A stretch of 64,000 nt of DNA, from positions 352,001 through 416,000 of the forward strand of contig CAVTBU010000005.1 of NCBI GenBank assembly GCA_963733035.1, in the 5' to 3' direction. A program made the position numbers and the translations under genes. This DNA is from Pirellulales bacterium (GTDB lineage Bacteria; Planctomycetota; Planctomycetia; Pirellulales; PALSA-1355). Positions 42,385 through 51,148 of the stretch are shown piece by piece. The notes under the pieces are model-generated. The model was given only the letters and a program-made list of their open reading frames with translations, did not search any database and had not been told where the DNA came from. Position 1 is the stretch's first letter; the number at the start of each line of letters is the position of its first letter.

Positions 42385-42725
42385 CAGCCTTTTAGCTCGT
42401 CAGCCCGATCGACGTCGACCGTCGAATGGTTGTTGTAAAAGTTCAAAACAATGGCCAGCGCCACGGCGGCCTCCGCAGCAGCCAGCACGATTACAAACAG
42501 GGCGATCAACTGCCCATCGAGGCCCACTCCGATCATGCCGGGTCGCAAGTAGTCGCTGCCGAAGGCCACGAAATTCACGTTCGCACCGTTGAGCACTAGC
42601 TCGATGCCCATCAGAACGCCCAGGGCATTGCGCTTGGTGGCCATGCAGAGAGCACCCGTGACAAACAGGATCGCACCAACGATTAAATAATGCGACACGC
42701 CGACCGGCTGGGTAAGAAGGTTCAT
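42384..42725 (-). CDS. nuoK: NADH-quinone oxidoreductase subunit K
   Basis: Motifs RN....LM.IEL.LN..N and AAAEAAVALAI. Confidence 0.95.
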   Translation of the reverse strand: MNLLTQPVGVSHYLIVGAILFVTGALCMATKRNALGVLMGIELVLNGANVNFVAFGSDYLRPGMIGVGLDGQLIALFVIVLAAAEAAVALAIVLNFYNNHSTVDVDRADELKG

Positions 42726-43321
42726 TGCAGGCCCTCCAACGAGCCGGGCTGAACGCGTTTCTTGGGCCGGGCCAGATAAGCCGAACCGACCAGCACGACC
42801 AGCAGATGCACCGAGACGATTTCAAACGGCAGCAGATAGCCCGACATGCCCCCGCGCTGCGTGGGATCCTGTTCTTCGAGCTTGTCCACCCGGGCACCGA
42901 GCAGAGCAAAACCAAGCCGGGTGGCGGTTGGCCGAGGCTCGCCGTCGATGGCGGCGGCAGGCTGCCAGGCGCGGATGCTTGTGGCGGCCGACAGCAATAC
43001 GACCAGCAGCGCCCCGCCGACCAGCACGCTGAGCATCCACTCGCCAGCCGAGGTCTTCATCGAGATGAACGGCCCCTTGGCCGTTAACATGACGCCGAAG
43101 ATCAATAGCACGAGTGTTCCGCCCACGTAGATCATGATCTGCATGGCGCCGACAAAATCCGCGCCCGCCAAAAAGAACAGGCCGCTCGTCGCCGCCAGCG
43201 AGATCACCAGATAGAAAGCCATTCGGACCACATTGCTGGTAACCAACACGGCAATCGAAAAACTGCACGCAACCAGCGCGAACAGCAAGAAAAACACGGA
43301 ATGCCAGTTAATTGGTTCCAC
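42722..43321 (-). CDS. nuoJ: NADH-quinone oxidoreductase subunit J
   Basis: Motifs A.FV...Q..IYVGG..VL..F.VML and YLLPFE..SV.LL. The start is GTG 43321 or 43330. Confidence 0.93.
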   Translation of the reverse strand: MEPINWHSVFFLLFALVACSFSIAVLVTSNVVRMAFYLVISLAATSGLFFLAGADFVGAMQIMIYVGGTLVLLIFGVMLTAKGPFISMKTSAGEWMLSVLVGGALLVVLLSAATSIRAWQPAAAIDGEPRPTATRLGFALLGARVDKLEEQDPTQRGGMSGYLLPFEIVSVHLLVVLVGSAYLARPKKRVQPGSLEGLQ

Positions 43322-44567
43322 GACCCGCACCTACCTGTTTCGTCTTGGCGACACTGGCTTGAGCTACACGGGTTGCCCGAGGACTGGACTCGATGGCGGC
43401 TGTTTCCTCTCCGGAAACCAGCTGCGTTTGTGCCTCGCGGACCAAACCCTGATCGCTTTGTAGGATCAATCCTCCGGGAAGCAGAAACCGCCACACGACG
43501 GCGCCGGCAAACATGAAGGCCGCCAGCGGCGTGCAGTATTTCAAACAGGTGGTCATAACCTGATCGATTCGCAAGCGGGGGAGCGTCCACCGCACCCACA
43601 TCATGAACGTCACGCCAAAGATGCACTTGCCGATGAAGTTCAGCATGCCCAGGAAGTTGCCGAGGTAGTGTAAAACCGGATTGGCCGAGTCCGCCAGACC
43701 CAGCCAGTGCGTGATCGGCAACGGTCCGTTCCAGCCGCCGAAAAACAGGATCGCGGCCAGGCCGCTGACGGCGAACATCGAGCCGTACTCGGCCATGAAA
43801 AAAATGCTCCACCGCAGGCCTGAATATTCGGTATGGAAGCCGGCCACCAGTTCACTTTCGGCTTCGGCCAAGTCAAACGGGGCGCGGTTCACACTGGCCG
43901 TGGCGCAGGTGAAGTAGACCCAGAAGGTGATGAACGTGAACGGATCGTTGAAGACATACCAGTGCGTGAACCAGCCCAGCTGTGCCGGGCCGGCGGTTTG
44001 CATTTGGGCAATCGACACCAGATCCATGGTGCCCGCCAATAGCACCGGCACGACAACACACATGCCGAGCGGCACTTCGTAACTGACAACCTGAGCCGCT
44101 TCGCGCATGGCGCCGAATAGCGACCATTTGGACGCCGAGGCATAACCGGCCAGAATTACGCCAAACACCTCGATGCCCAAGACTGCGACGATGAAGAACA
44201 CGGCAACGTTTAAGCGAATGGCTACCCAGCCATCGGCAAACGGCAGCGCCATGTAGGCTGCGTACGACGCACAAAAACTGATGTACGGCGCCAGCAGGAA
44301 CAACATGCGGTCGGCGCCGGCCGGACAGAGGTCTTCCTTGGTGATGAGTTTCAGACCGTCGGCCAGCGTTTGCAGCCAGCCGAACTTGCCGCCGACGCGC
44401 GTCGGGCCGAGGCGGTCTTGAATTCGGCCCGAGACCTTGCGTTCCAGCCAGATGAACACCAGGGCCCCCACGGCCACCAGGTTCACCAGCAAAAAACCGT
44501 GCACGAAAGCAGCGATCGCGTAGGCGAGCCACTCGGGCGACAGATACTGTTTGAGAAATTCAGCCAC
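43308..44567 (-). CDS. nuoH: NADH-quinone oxidoreductase subunit H
   Basis: Motifs ERK...RIQ.R.GP, Q..ADG.KL..KE, AQ..SYE, NR.PFDL.EAESELV.G..TEYSG and RWTLPR.R.DQ. Confidence 0.96.
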   Translation of the reverse strand: MAEFLKQYLSPEWLAYAIAAFVHGFLLVNLVAVGALVFIWLERKVSGRIQDRLGPTRVGGKFGWLQTLADGLKLITKEDLCPAGADRMLFLLAPYISFCASYAAYMALPFADGWVAIRLNVAVFFIVAVLGIEVFGVILAGYASASKWSLFGAMREAAQVVSYEVPLGMCVVVPVLLAGTMDLVSIAQMQTAGPAQLGWFTHWYVFNDPFTFITFWVYFTCATASVNRAPFDLAEAESELVAGFHTEYSGLRWSIFFMAEYGSMFAVSGLAAILFFGGWNGPLPITHWLGLADSANPVLHYLGNFLGMLNFIGKCIFGVTFMMWVRWTLPRLRIDQVMTTCLKYCTPLAAFMFAGAVVWRFLLPGGLILQSDQGLVREAQTQLVSGEETAAIESSPRATRVAQASVAKTKQVGAGRGTN

Positions 44568-44896
44568 CGATTTGATCCTGCAGCTTCGAGACCCTGGCCC
44601 GCAGCTGGGGTGAAACGCGATTAATCTGCCCGGTCGTCGCGGTAACGCGTGCCGTGAATGCCCCTTGAGGACAGTTCTAAGATCGTGAAATATCGCACAA
44701 ACTACCCCGCACCGACAAGCCCCTCGTCGTCCAACTTTTTTGTGTCGGCCGAGCGTCGGCCGCTACAACTGCTCGCTGCTCAACAGCATTTCCCCGCAGC
44801 GGGGGCTTGTTCGCCGAAAGCGCAGCGTTTCGTTTCGTTAAACCCCGATCAAATCGGGCAGACTCAGAATTGGACCAGTCTAAACGGCAAGGTGAC

Positions 44897-46105
44897 TCAC
44901 CGGTCAATTTCTCCCATCACGATGTCGAGCGAACCGACGATCGCCGGCACGTCCGCAATTAGGCAACCGCGGCACAGGTCGTGCGTGACCGACAAGTTGC
45001 AGAACGAACTGCTGCGCGCCCGCACCCGCGACGGAATCGCTCCGCTGCCGTTACTTACGATGTAAAAGCCCATTTGACCGCGTGGCGCCTCGGTTTCCAT
45101 GTAGGCCTCCCCCTTGGGAAGCTTCTCGGTGAGCTTGACCGGAATGCCCCATGAACCGCTGCACATGCTGTAGCGATCAATCGCCTGGCGGCAAAGGTCC
45201 ATCGACTGCATCACCTCGAGCATCCGCACATAGAAGCGGTGCCAACAATCTCCCAAAACGGCGCTTTTGGGTACCGGCGGATAGTGGTGGTCCTTGGGAT
45301 AGTGGCCCTCCTTTTCCACAATCACCTCGAAGGCATAGCCGTCGTACATCTCGGTGTAACGCTGCTCGCCGTCGCGGCGGAGGTCGTAATCGACCCCGGA
45401 ACCGCGGAGCACAGGACCGGTGCAGCCAAAGTCGATCGCCTTTTCGGCCGACATGACGCCGATATTAGCCGTGCGGCGGACGAAAATCGCATTCGTGGTC
45501 AATAGCGCGTGATACTCATCGATCACGGGACGCAACTGGTCGAGAAACGTTTCGAGCTTCTGTAGCCAGCCGGGGGGCAAGTCGGCCGTGGCCCCGCCGA
45601 CGGTGAGATAGCTATAAGTGAGCCGCGCGCCGCACACATCCTCGAACAGGTCAAGAATCTTCTCACGCTCGCGGAAGGCATACAAGAACGGACTGAACGT
45701 GCCCAGATCGAGCCCATAGGCGCCCATGCCGACAAGATGGCTGGCAATGCGACCCAGTTCGGCGATCACGACCCGCAGATGACGAGCCTTCTCGGGCAGT
45801 TCGAGGTTCATCAACTTTTCGACGGTCAGCGCCCAGCCGAGATTCATGTTCATGCCGGCCAGGTAGTCCATCCGGTCGGTGTACGGAATCCATTGCCGGG
45901 GCGTGAGGTTTTCGCCGATTTTCTCGGCGCAGCGATGCAGGTAGCCGATGTGCGGCGTGACTTCCGAAACCACTTCTCCGTCGGTACGCAGCACCAACCG
46001 CAATACACCGTGCGTGCTGGGATGCTGAGGTCCCATGTTGACGAGCATCTCGTCGGTACGAACGTCGAATTCAATGATTCGCGGATCGTCTAGTTGCGTG
46101 GCCAT
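44897..46105 (-). CDS. nuoD: NADH-quinone oxidoreductase subunit D
   Basis: Motifs NMGPQHPSTHGVLRL, IGYLHR..EK, DRMDY, EAPRG and D.V.GE.DR. Confidence 0.96.
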   Translation of the reverse strand: MATQLDDPRIIEFDVRTDEMLVNMGPQHPSTHGVLRLVLRTDGEVVSEVTPHIGYLHRCAEKIGENLTPRQWIPYTDRMDYLAGMNMNLGWALTVEKLMNLELPEKARHLRVVIAELGRIASHLVGMGAYGLDLGTFSPFLYAFREREKILDLFEDVCGARLTYSYLTVGGATADLPPGWLQKLETFLDQLRPVIDEYHALLTTNAIFVRRTANIGVMSAEKAIDFGCTGPVLRGSGVDYDLRRDGEQRYTEMYDGYAFEVIVEKEGHYPKDHHYPPVPKSAVLGDCWHRFYVRMLEVMQSMDLCRQAIDRYSMCSGSWGIPVKLTEKLPKGEAYMETEAPRGQMGFYIVSNGSGAIPSRVRARSSSFCNLSVTHDLCRGCLIADVPAIVGSLDIVMGEIDR

Positions 46106-46156
46106 TTTGGCTTGTCTTTTAGTGGCTGTTGATTAGGGGGCGCATACGACGATGCG

Positions 46157-46687
46157 TTAGCGTCCGCGGATGCCGTGGTATTCGAGTGGGAATTCGTAAT
46201 CTTTTCGCAAGGGATGTCCGACCCAGTCTTCGGGGCAGAGGATCCGCCGCAGATCGGGATGATCGGTGAAGCGGACGCCGATCAGGTCGAACACCTCCCG
46301 TTCGTGCCACTCGGCCGTGCTCCAGACTCCGCTGACCGAAGGAACCTCCGGCAAGTCGCCCGCCTTATCGTCTTTCCAGCGTGGAACGAGCACCTTGAGT
46401 ACGAGTGTCGTTTTGTACGGCAGGCTAGACAGGTGATAAACCACTTCGATGTGCGGCTGCCAGTCGACCTTGGCAGCCTTCTTTGCATCGGGCTCGAAAT
46501 AGTCAACGCCCGAAACGCAATTGCACATATTGAACCGCAAGTCCGGTTCGTCGCGCAGATACTTGCAGACGTTCACGAGACCGGTGGGGGAAACTTCGAC
46601 CCAGGGATCGATTGCCGTCAGATCGGCTCCGATGATCGTGTCGCCAAACTCCTGCTTCAGCCGGTCGAGAAACGCTTGTCCGCTCAT
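46157..46687 (-). CDS. nuoC: NADH-quinone oxidoreductase subunit C
   Basis: Motifs W.ERE.FD..G..F..HPDLRRIL and GHPLRKDY. Confidence 0.95.
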   Translation of the reverse strand: MSGQAFLDRLKQEFGDTIIGADLTAIDPWVEVSPTGLVNVCKYLRDEPDLRFNMCNCVSGVDYFEPDAKKAAKVDWQPHIEVVYHLSSLPYKTTLVLKVLVPRWKDDKAGDLPEVPSVSGVWSTAEWHEREVFDLIGVRFTDHPDLRRILCPEDWVGHPLRKDYEFPLEYHGIRGR

Positions 46688-46753
46688 TTGGGTGCTGGTG
46701 ACTAATGTGAAAGGGATGCCATTGCGGTCTCAAACCAGGCAGAAACACAAATG

Positions 46754-47401
46754 CTACGCCGATACGACCGGCTGTTGCTCGGAAACCAGTGACGGAGCGC
46801 GCGGCCGCGCCTCGAGCGCCCGCTCCTTGCTAAGCGCGCGGACCCAATCCAAATCGCCTCGCCGCCACACGTAGGCGAATCCGACCAAGAGCACGGCGAA
46901 AAATACGGCGATATCGATCATTGAAAACAGCGCGATCCGCCGGCTCAAATCCTCGACAGCGCGACTCGTTTTTTGCTGCGCACTAAGTCCTTGGGCCTCG
47001 GCCGCCAGTTCTTTCGGCAATGGCGGAACAGTCGGCTCAGCCACTCCCATTTCGATGATCACGGCTTTGGCGTGGGGTGTTAGTTCACCTTGCGCCGTGG
47101 CTTTCGGCATGTTGGGATCCATCAGGTGCGTGGCCTTGCCATACACGGTGGCCCACGGAAAAAAGAACGCGACTTCCACGTCGAAGATGATGAACAACAG
47201 CGCGACCACGTAAAATCGCAGATCAAACTGCACGAAGCTTGACCCGATCGTGGGCTCGCCGCACTCATAGACTTCGAGCTTCTCGCGGTTCGGTTCGCTG
47301 GGCCGCAGGAAGCGCCCGACGACGAGCGTGACGAATAAGAACAGGAAACCCAACGTCGCAAAAAAGGCGATATAGGCCGCGACGGCAGTGGGCGACGCCA
47401 T
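46754..47401 (-). CDS. nuoA: NADH-quinone oxidoreductase subunit A, with a long TM2-TM3 insertion
   Basis: Motifs K...YECGE, FYVVALLFIIFDVE..F.FPWA and YVWRRGDLDW. Confidence 0.93.
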   Translation of the reverse strand: MASPTAVAAYIAFFATLGFLFLFVTLVVGRFLRPSEPNREKLEVYECGEPTIGSSFVQFDLRFYVVALLFIIFDVEVAFFFPWATVYGKATHLMDPNMPKATAQGELTPHAKAVIIEMGVAEPTVPPLPKELAAEAQGLSAQQKTSRAVEDLSRRIALFSMIDIAVFFAVLLVGFAYVWRRGDLDWVRALSKERALEARPRAPSLVSEQQPVVSA

Positions 47402-47621
47402 GGTTTGTATTTCCCTCAATAGCCAATTCCGGGCACGGCGGAACGGCATGCCTGCCTTGAGATCAAGCGGCGACTCCTGACGACGTCGACCACCGAACAG
47501 CAAGGCTCAAAACCGGTGCGAATTGCAACCGCTCAGGTCGCCGAATGCGACGCAGAGACGACCGCCGTCCGCACCACGGAAAGGTGCATTCTAAAAGAGG
47601 GCACCGGCTGCTGGCAAGCGG

Positions 47622-48101
47622 TCACAGCGAGTCGTCTTGTTGCTCGTCGTCGTCTTGCCCGTCGCCGTCGGCAACGGCGCTGCCAGCCACCAAGGACTGG
47701 CGCCCGGCAAAACCAGCCTGCAACTCGTGCCAGTGCGTTACCTCGGGTTCGCCGAGTTTCCAGCACAAAAACACGACGCGATCGTCCATCAAGCAGGGAA
47801 AATCGACCAACCCTTCCGGGCCGCTCTTGGGTTCGACGCCCAATTCGCGCAGTTCGTCCACATACGCTTGCAACTGCTCGCTGTCCTTGTCGAGTTCTTC
47901 CTCAATTTGGGCCAATTCCTCGGAGTACAGGTCCTTGGCCGCGGAGCTTCGGCCCGTCGAAAGCAGGGCCAACCGCTCGCGACGCTCCATCACCTCGCGC
48001 GACAACTGCACCAAATCAGACGTGATGGCACGGACCAGCGGCAACACGGCATTGGCTTGTTCAACCGTAAACAGCTTCGTCGGGCGATAGGCGTCGGACA
48101 T
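47622..48101 (-). CDS. DUF2203 domain protein
   Basis: Motifs FTVEQANA.LP, GLVDFP, V.LCWKLGE and WH....GFAGR. Confidence 0.85.
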   Translation of the reverse strand: MSDAYRPTKLFTVEQANAVLPLVRAITSDLVQLSREVMERRERLALLSTGRSSAAKDLYSEELAQIEEELDKDSEQLQAYVDELRELGVEPKSGPEGLVDFPCLMDDRVVFLCWKLGEPEVTHWHELQAGFAGRQSLVAGSAVADGDGQDDDEQQDDSL

Positions 48102-48169
48102 GAACTTCACTCGCACTTTCAGGGTGTCGTGAGTCGTGGGCCTGCGCTACGCTACTGGCAGGCTCGCAA

Positions 48170-48697
48170 CTACTGGTTCGGTCCGCCATGAACAGGTTCC
48201 ACAATCACCTTCGACGCGGCCACGGCCGTGGGATTCAGCGTCGACTTGCCCCAGGCCACGTCGACGGGCAGCCGCGCAAAGTCCACCAGACATCCGTCGC
48301 GGCTATAGCAGCTCAGGTCGTGCGTCGCACCCATAAAGATACAATCCACCGGACAAGGTTCGACGCACAAAGCGCAGAACATGCACTTTGAGTAGTCGAT
48401 GGTGAATCCGGTGACCTTGAAGCCCTTACCGGTCGTCACCCGTTCTTTGCCAATATAAATGCAGTCGACGGGGCACGCTTTTGCGCACTGGTCGCAAGCG
48501 ATGCAGGTCGTCAGGTCATAACGGTGAAATCCGCGGTAGCGAGCCGACACCGGCACGGGCAACTCGGGATACTCAAAGTGCTCGGTGAACGTTTTTCGCT
48601 CGGGCTGATAAGTAATCAGCCAATAGCGAAGCGTAACCCACATGCCGTAGGCCACGGTGTAAACGGCGTCCCAAATATCACGCAACCACCGGCCCAT
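48170..48697 (-). CDS. nuoI: NADH-quinone oxidoreductase subunit I (2x[4Fe-4S])
   Basis: Motifs YPE...RYRG.H, CIACDQCAKACP and CMFCALCVEPCP. Confidence 0.9.
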   Translation of the reverse strand: MGRWLRDIWDAVYTVAYGMWVTLRYWLITYQPERKTFTEHFEYPELPVPVSARYRGFHRYDLTTCIACDQCAKACPVDCIYIGKERVTTGKGFKVTGFTIDYSKCMFCALCVEPCPVDCIFMGATHDLSCYSRDGCLVDFARLPVDVAWGKSTLNPTAVAASKVIVEPVHGGPNQ

Positions 48698-49362
48698 GTG
48701 CGCTCTCAATCGCGGCTGTATTACAGGAATTACTATCTCGCTCGTGAACCACCGGCGAAGGCGCGGCGAGCCCTTCGGAAACCGCCATGAATCGCGAGTT
48801 GTTTTATTATAGGCAGCGCGCGATAGCCCGCAAGCGACGTTGAAGTTGGACGCCTTGAACTGTGTGTTTTTCCCGGGGATTTCGCGGTGTTACGACCAAA
48901 CCAGAGTTCGGCGCAGCGCGCTCGGCGACTTGCTGCCGCCGCGCGACACGTCATCCAGCCATCGATCGCCACGGTGGCGTTTCTGGAAAGTCCGCCCGGC
49001 TGGCAAGCAACACCATGTTCCAAGTCGTGGTCGGTGTACGGCGCTGCTGCCCAGCACGTTTCGTGTGACCCTCACTTTGGCCCATGCCCCCCGGCGATTG
49101 GCCACCGCTTGTCTCACGCGGGGGGCGGCCGATTGCGAACTCCCGTTTGCCGGAATGTCCCTCGGGTCGAGTGCGCTTGTGGCCAGAAAACTGTCTGGGG
49201 TAGACCGACGTTTGTCACATTCGACGCGCATCAATGGAGCGAACATCGTGTCAAGCCTGGAAATATAGGAAGACCTTGCTGGGTAATGGCCGGGAGCGCA
49301 GAGCGGTCGGGGCGAACCATTGCGCATACGCGCGTAATAATTATGGGCAAAATGGTGTTGCC

Positions 49363-49406
49363 TTGGCACCGTCCATGCTTGACTCCCCTATTTCGCTACG
49401 TAGAGT
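49363..49406 (+). promoter_or_regulatory. Tandem putative sigma54 (-24/-12) and sigma70 promoters upstream of csrA
   Basis: TTGGCACCGTCCATGCT (GG-N10-GC) overlaps TTGACT-N16-TAGAGT. Confidence 0.55.
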
Positions 49407-49550
49407 GAATATTAGCAAGAGCCGGTGCGCGCGTAGTCACCATGGCGTCTGGTTGCCTTGGGGGGGGATGTTGCGACGCGTGTTGTCGGCTCGTGCCAGG
49501 GGTGCAAGACAGAAAAAAGGAAGCCCCGGACAACCATCGAAGGAATGGCC

Positions 49551-49769
49551 ATGTTGGTTCTATCTCGCAAGAAGAACGAGAGTATCGTCATCAACAATGA
49601 CATCACGATTGTCGTCGTGGAAATCCGCGGCGACAAGGTGCGGCTGGGCGTTGAAGCGCCAAAGGAAGTGCCGGTTCACCGTCGCGAGGTCTATGACGCG
49701 ATTCACCGCGACGAGATGACGCCCACGAAGAAATCGGACGCGCAGAACAACGGCTCATCGGAAGCCTGA
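49551..49769 (+). CDS. csrA: Carbon storage regulator CsrA
   Basis: MLVLSRKKNESIVINNDITIVVVEIRGDKVRLGVEAPKEVPVHRREVY, with an AAGGA RBS. Confidence 0.96.
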   Translation: MLVLSRKKNESIVINNDITIVVVEIRGDKVRLGVEAPKEVPVHRREVYDAIHRDEMTPTKKSDAQNNGSSEA

Positions 49770-49948
49770 TTCGTGCACTTTGACCGGAACAGTTGAAAAC
49801 GTCTCCCTGTCACGTTCCGTCGGTGCGCATTTCTAGCGATCTCGCCCGCGACGCTTCGCAAGCTTCGCCGCAGGCAGCACTTGACGAACTCGTGGGAATG
49901 ACCATCATACACCGGTGTCTGCGGCACAACCGCACGTGCCGCCCGCCT

Positions 49949-50023
49949 GGCCCCGTCGTCTAGCCTGGTCTAGGACACCGGCCTTTCACGCCGATAACAC
50001 GGGTTCAAATCCCGTCGGGGTCA
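49949..50023 (+). tRNA. tRNA-Glu (anticodon TTC), CCA not encoded
   Basis: Acceptor stem GGCCCCG/CGGGGTC+A, D-arm GTCTAGCCTGGTCTAGGAC, anticodon loop CTTTCAC and T-arm GGTTCAAATCC. The anticodon stem has a C27-A43 mismatch. Confidence 0.95.
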
Positions 50024-50101
50024 CTATTTCCATTCCCGTCCGAGCGTTCGCGTGACTCACCGCGACGACTGCCACTCGGGCCGTTCCATAAGGGTTGCCT
50101 G

Positions 50102-51142
50102 GTGACGCATCCCGACGACGCTCCCCCGCCCTACGATGCCGTCTTGGTCGTTTCATTCGGTGGACCCGAAGGCCCGGACGACGTGCTCCCCTTTCTGGAG
50201 AACGTGCTTCGTGGGAAGAATGTTCCTCGCGAGCGAATGCTCGAAGTCGCGGAACACTATAGGCACTTTGGCGGCGTAAGCCCGCTGAACGCGCAAAACA
50301 GGAATCTCGTCGCCGCCTTGCAAACGGAGCTCGACACGCACGGGCTCCGCCTGCCGGTGTACTTTGGCAACCGAAATTGGCACCCCCTGCTGCCGGATAC
50401 GCTGGCCAAGATGGCCCGGGACGGCATACGCCGAGCGCTCGCCTTCTTCACTAGCGCTTACAGCTCCTACTCAGGATGCCGGCAATACCGCGAGAACATT
50501 GCCGCGGCCCAGCAGGTAGTCGGTCGCACGGCCCCCGCAGTTGAGAAATTGCGCGTGTTTTACAACCACCCCCGGTTCATCGATGCGATGGCCGATCGAG
50601 TGCGGGAGGCGTTGGACCAGATCCCGGCGGCACGCCAAGCTGCGGCGCGACTTGTTTATACGGCGCACAGCATTCCCAATTCGATGGCGGACCATTGCGA
50701 CTACGCCCTGCAAATCGCGGAAGCCGCGCGGCTGGTTTCCACGGCCGTCGGGACGACGAACTATCAAATCGCTTATCAAAGCCGTAGCGGCCCGCCACAA
50801 CAGCCGTGGCTAGGTCCCGACGTTTGCGACGTACTACGCGAATTAAAGAACACGACTGATACGCGCGACGTGGTCATCGTGCCGATTGGATTTGTCTCCG
50901 ACCACGTTGAAGTGCTATACGATCTGGACATCGAAGCCAGGCAAGTGGCCGAGGAACTAGAGCTCGATATGGTCCGCGCCGCAACCGTCGGTGGCCACTC
51001 CGACTTCGTCCGCATGATCCGAGACTTGATCGAGGAGCGTGTCCTAGACACGCCCAAAAAAGCAATCGGCCGGTTTGGACCCAGCCATGACGTCTGCCCG
51101 GTGGATTGCTGCCTCTACATTCCCGCGCGCCCGAAGAGCTAG
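50102..51142 (+). CDS. hemH: Ferrochelatase
   Basis: Motifs SFGGPE, HY..FGGVSP, YTAHSIP, YQSRSG...PWL.PD and PIGFVSDHVEVLYDLD, with C-terminal CPVDCC. Confidence 0.93.
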   Translation: MTHPDDAPPPYDAVLVVSFGGPEGPDDVLPFLENVLRGKNVPRERMLEVAEHYRHFGGVSPLNAQNRNLVAALQTELDTHGLRLPVYFGNRNWHPLLPDTLAKMARDGIRRALAFFTSAYSSYSGCRQYRENIAAAQQVVGRTAPAVEKLRVFYNHPRFIDAMADRVREALDQIPAARQAAARLVYTAHSIPNSMADHCDYALQIAEAARLVSTAVGTTNYQIAYQSRSGPPQQPWLGPDVCDVLRELKNTTDTRDVVIVPIGFVSDHVEVLYDLDIEARQVAEELELDMVRAATVGGHSDFVRMIRDLIEERVLDTPKKAIGRFGPSHDVCPVDCCLYIPARPKS

Positions 51143-51148
51143 CGAGCG

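Noticed and set aside
48733..49719. Several 100-170 aa ORFs in the nuoI-csrA gap
   Set aside because: They overlap one another on both strands, are Arg/Cys-rich, and have no motifs or clear RBS, which is typical of GC-rich shadow ORFs.
49949..50101. tRNA-Glu as a genomic-island integration site
   Set aside because: No integrase, no duplicated tRNA 3' end noticed, and housekeeping genes lie on both sides.
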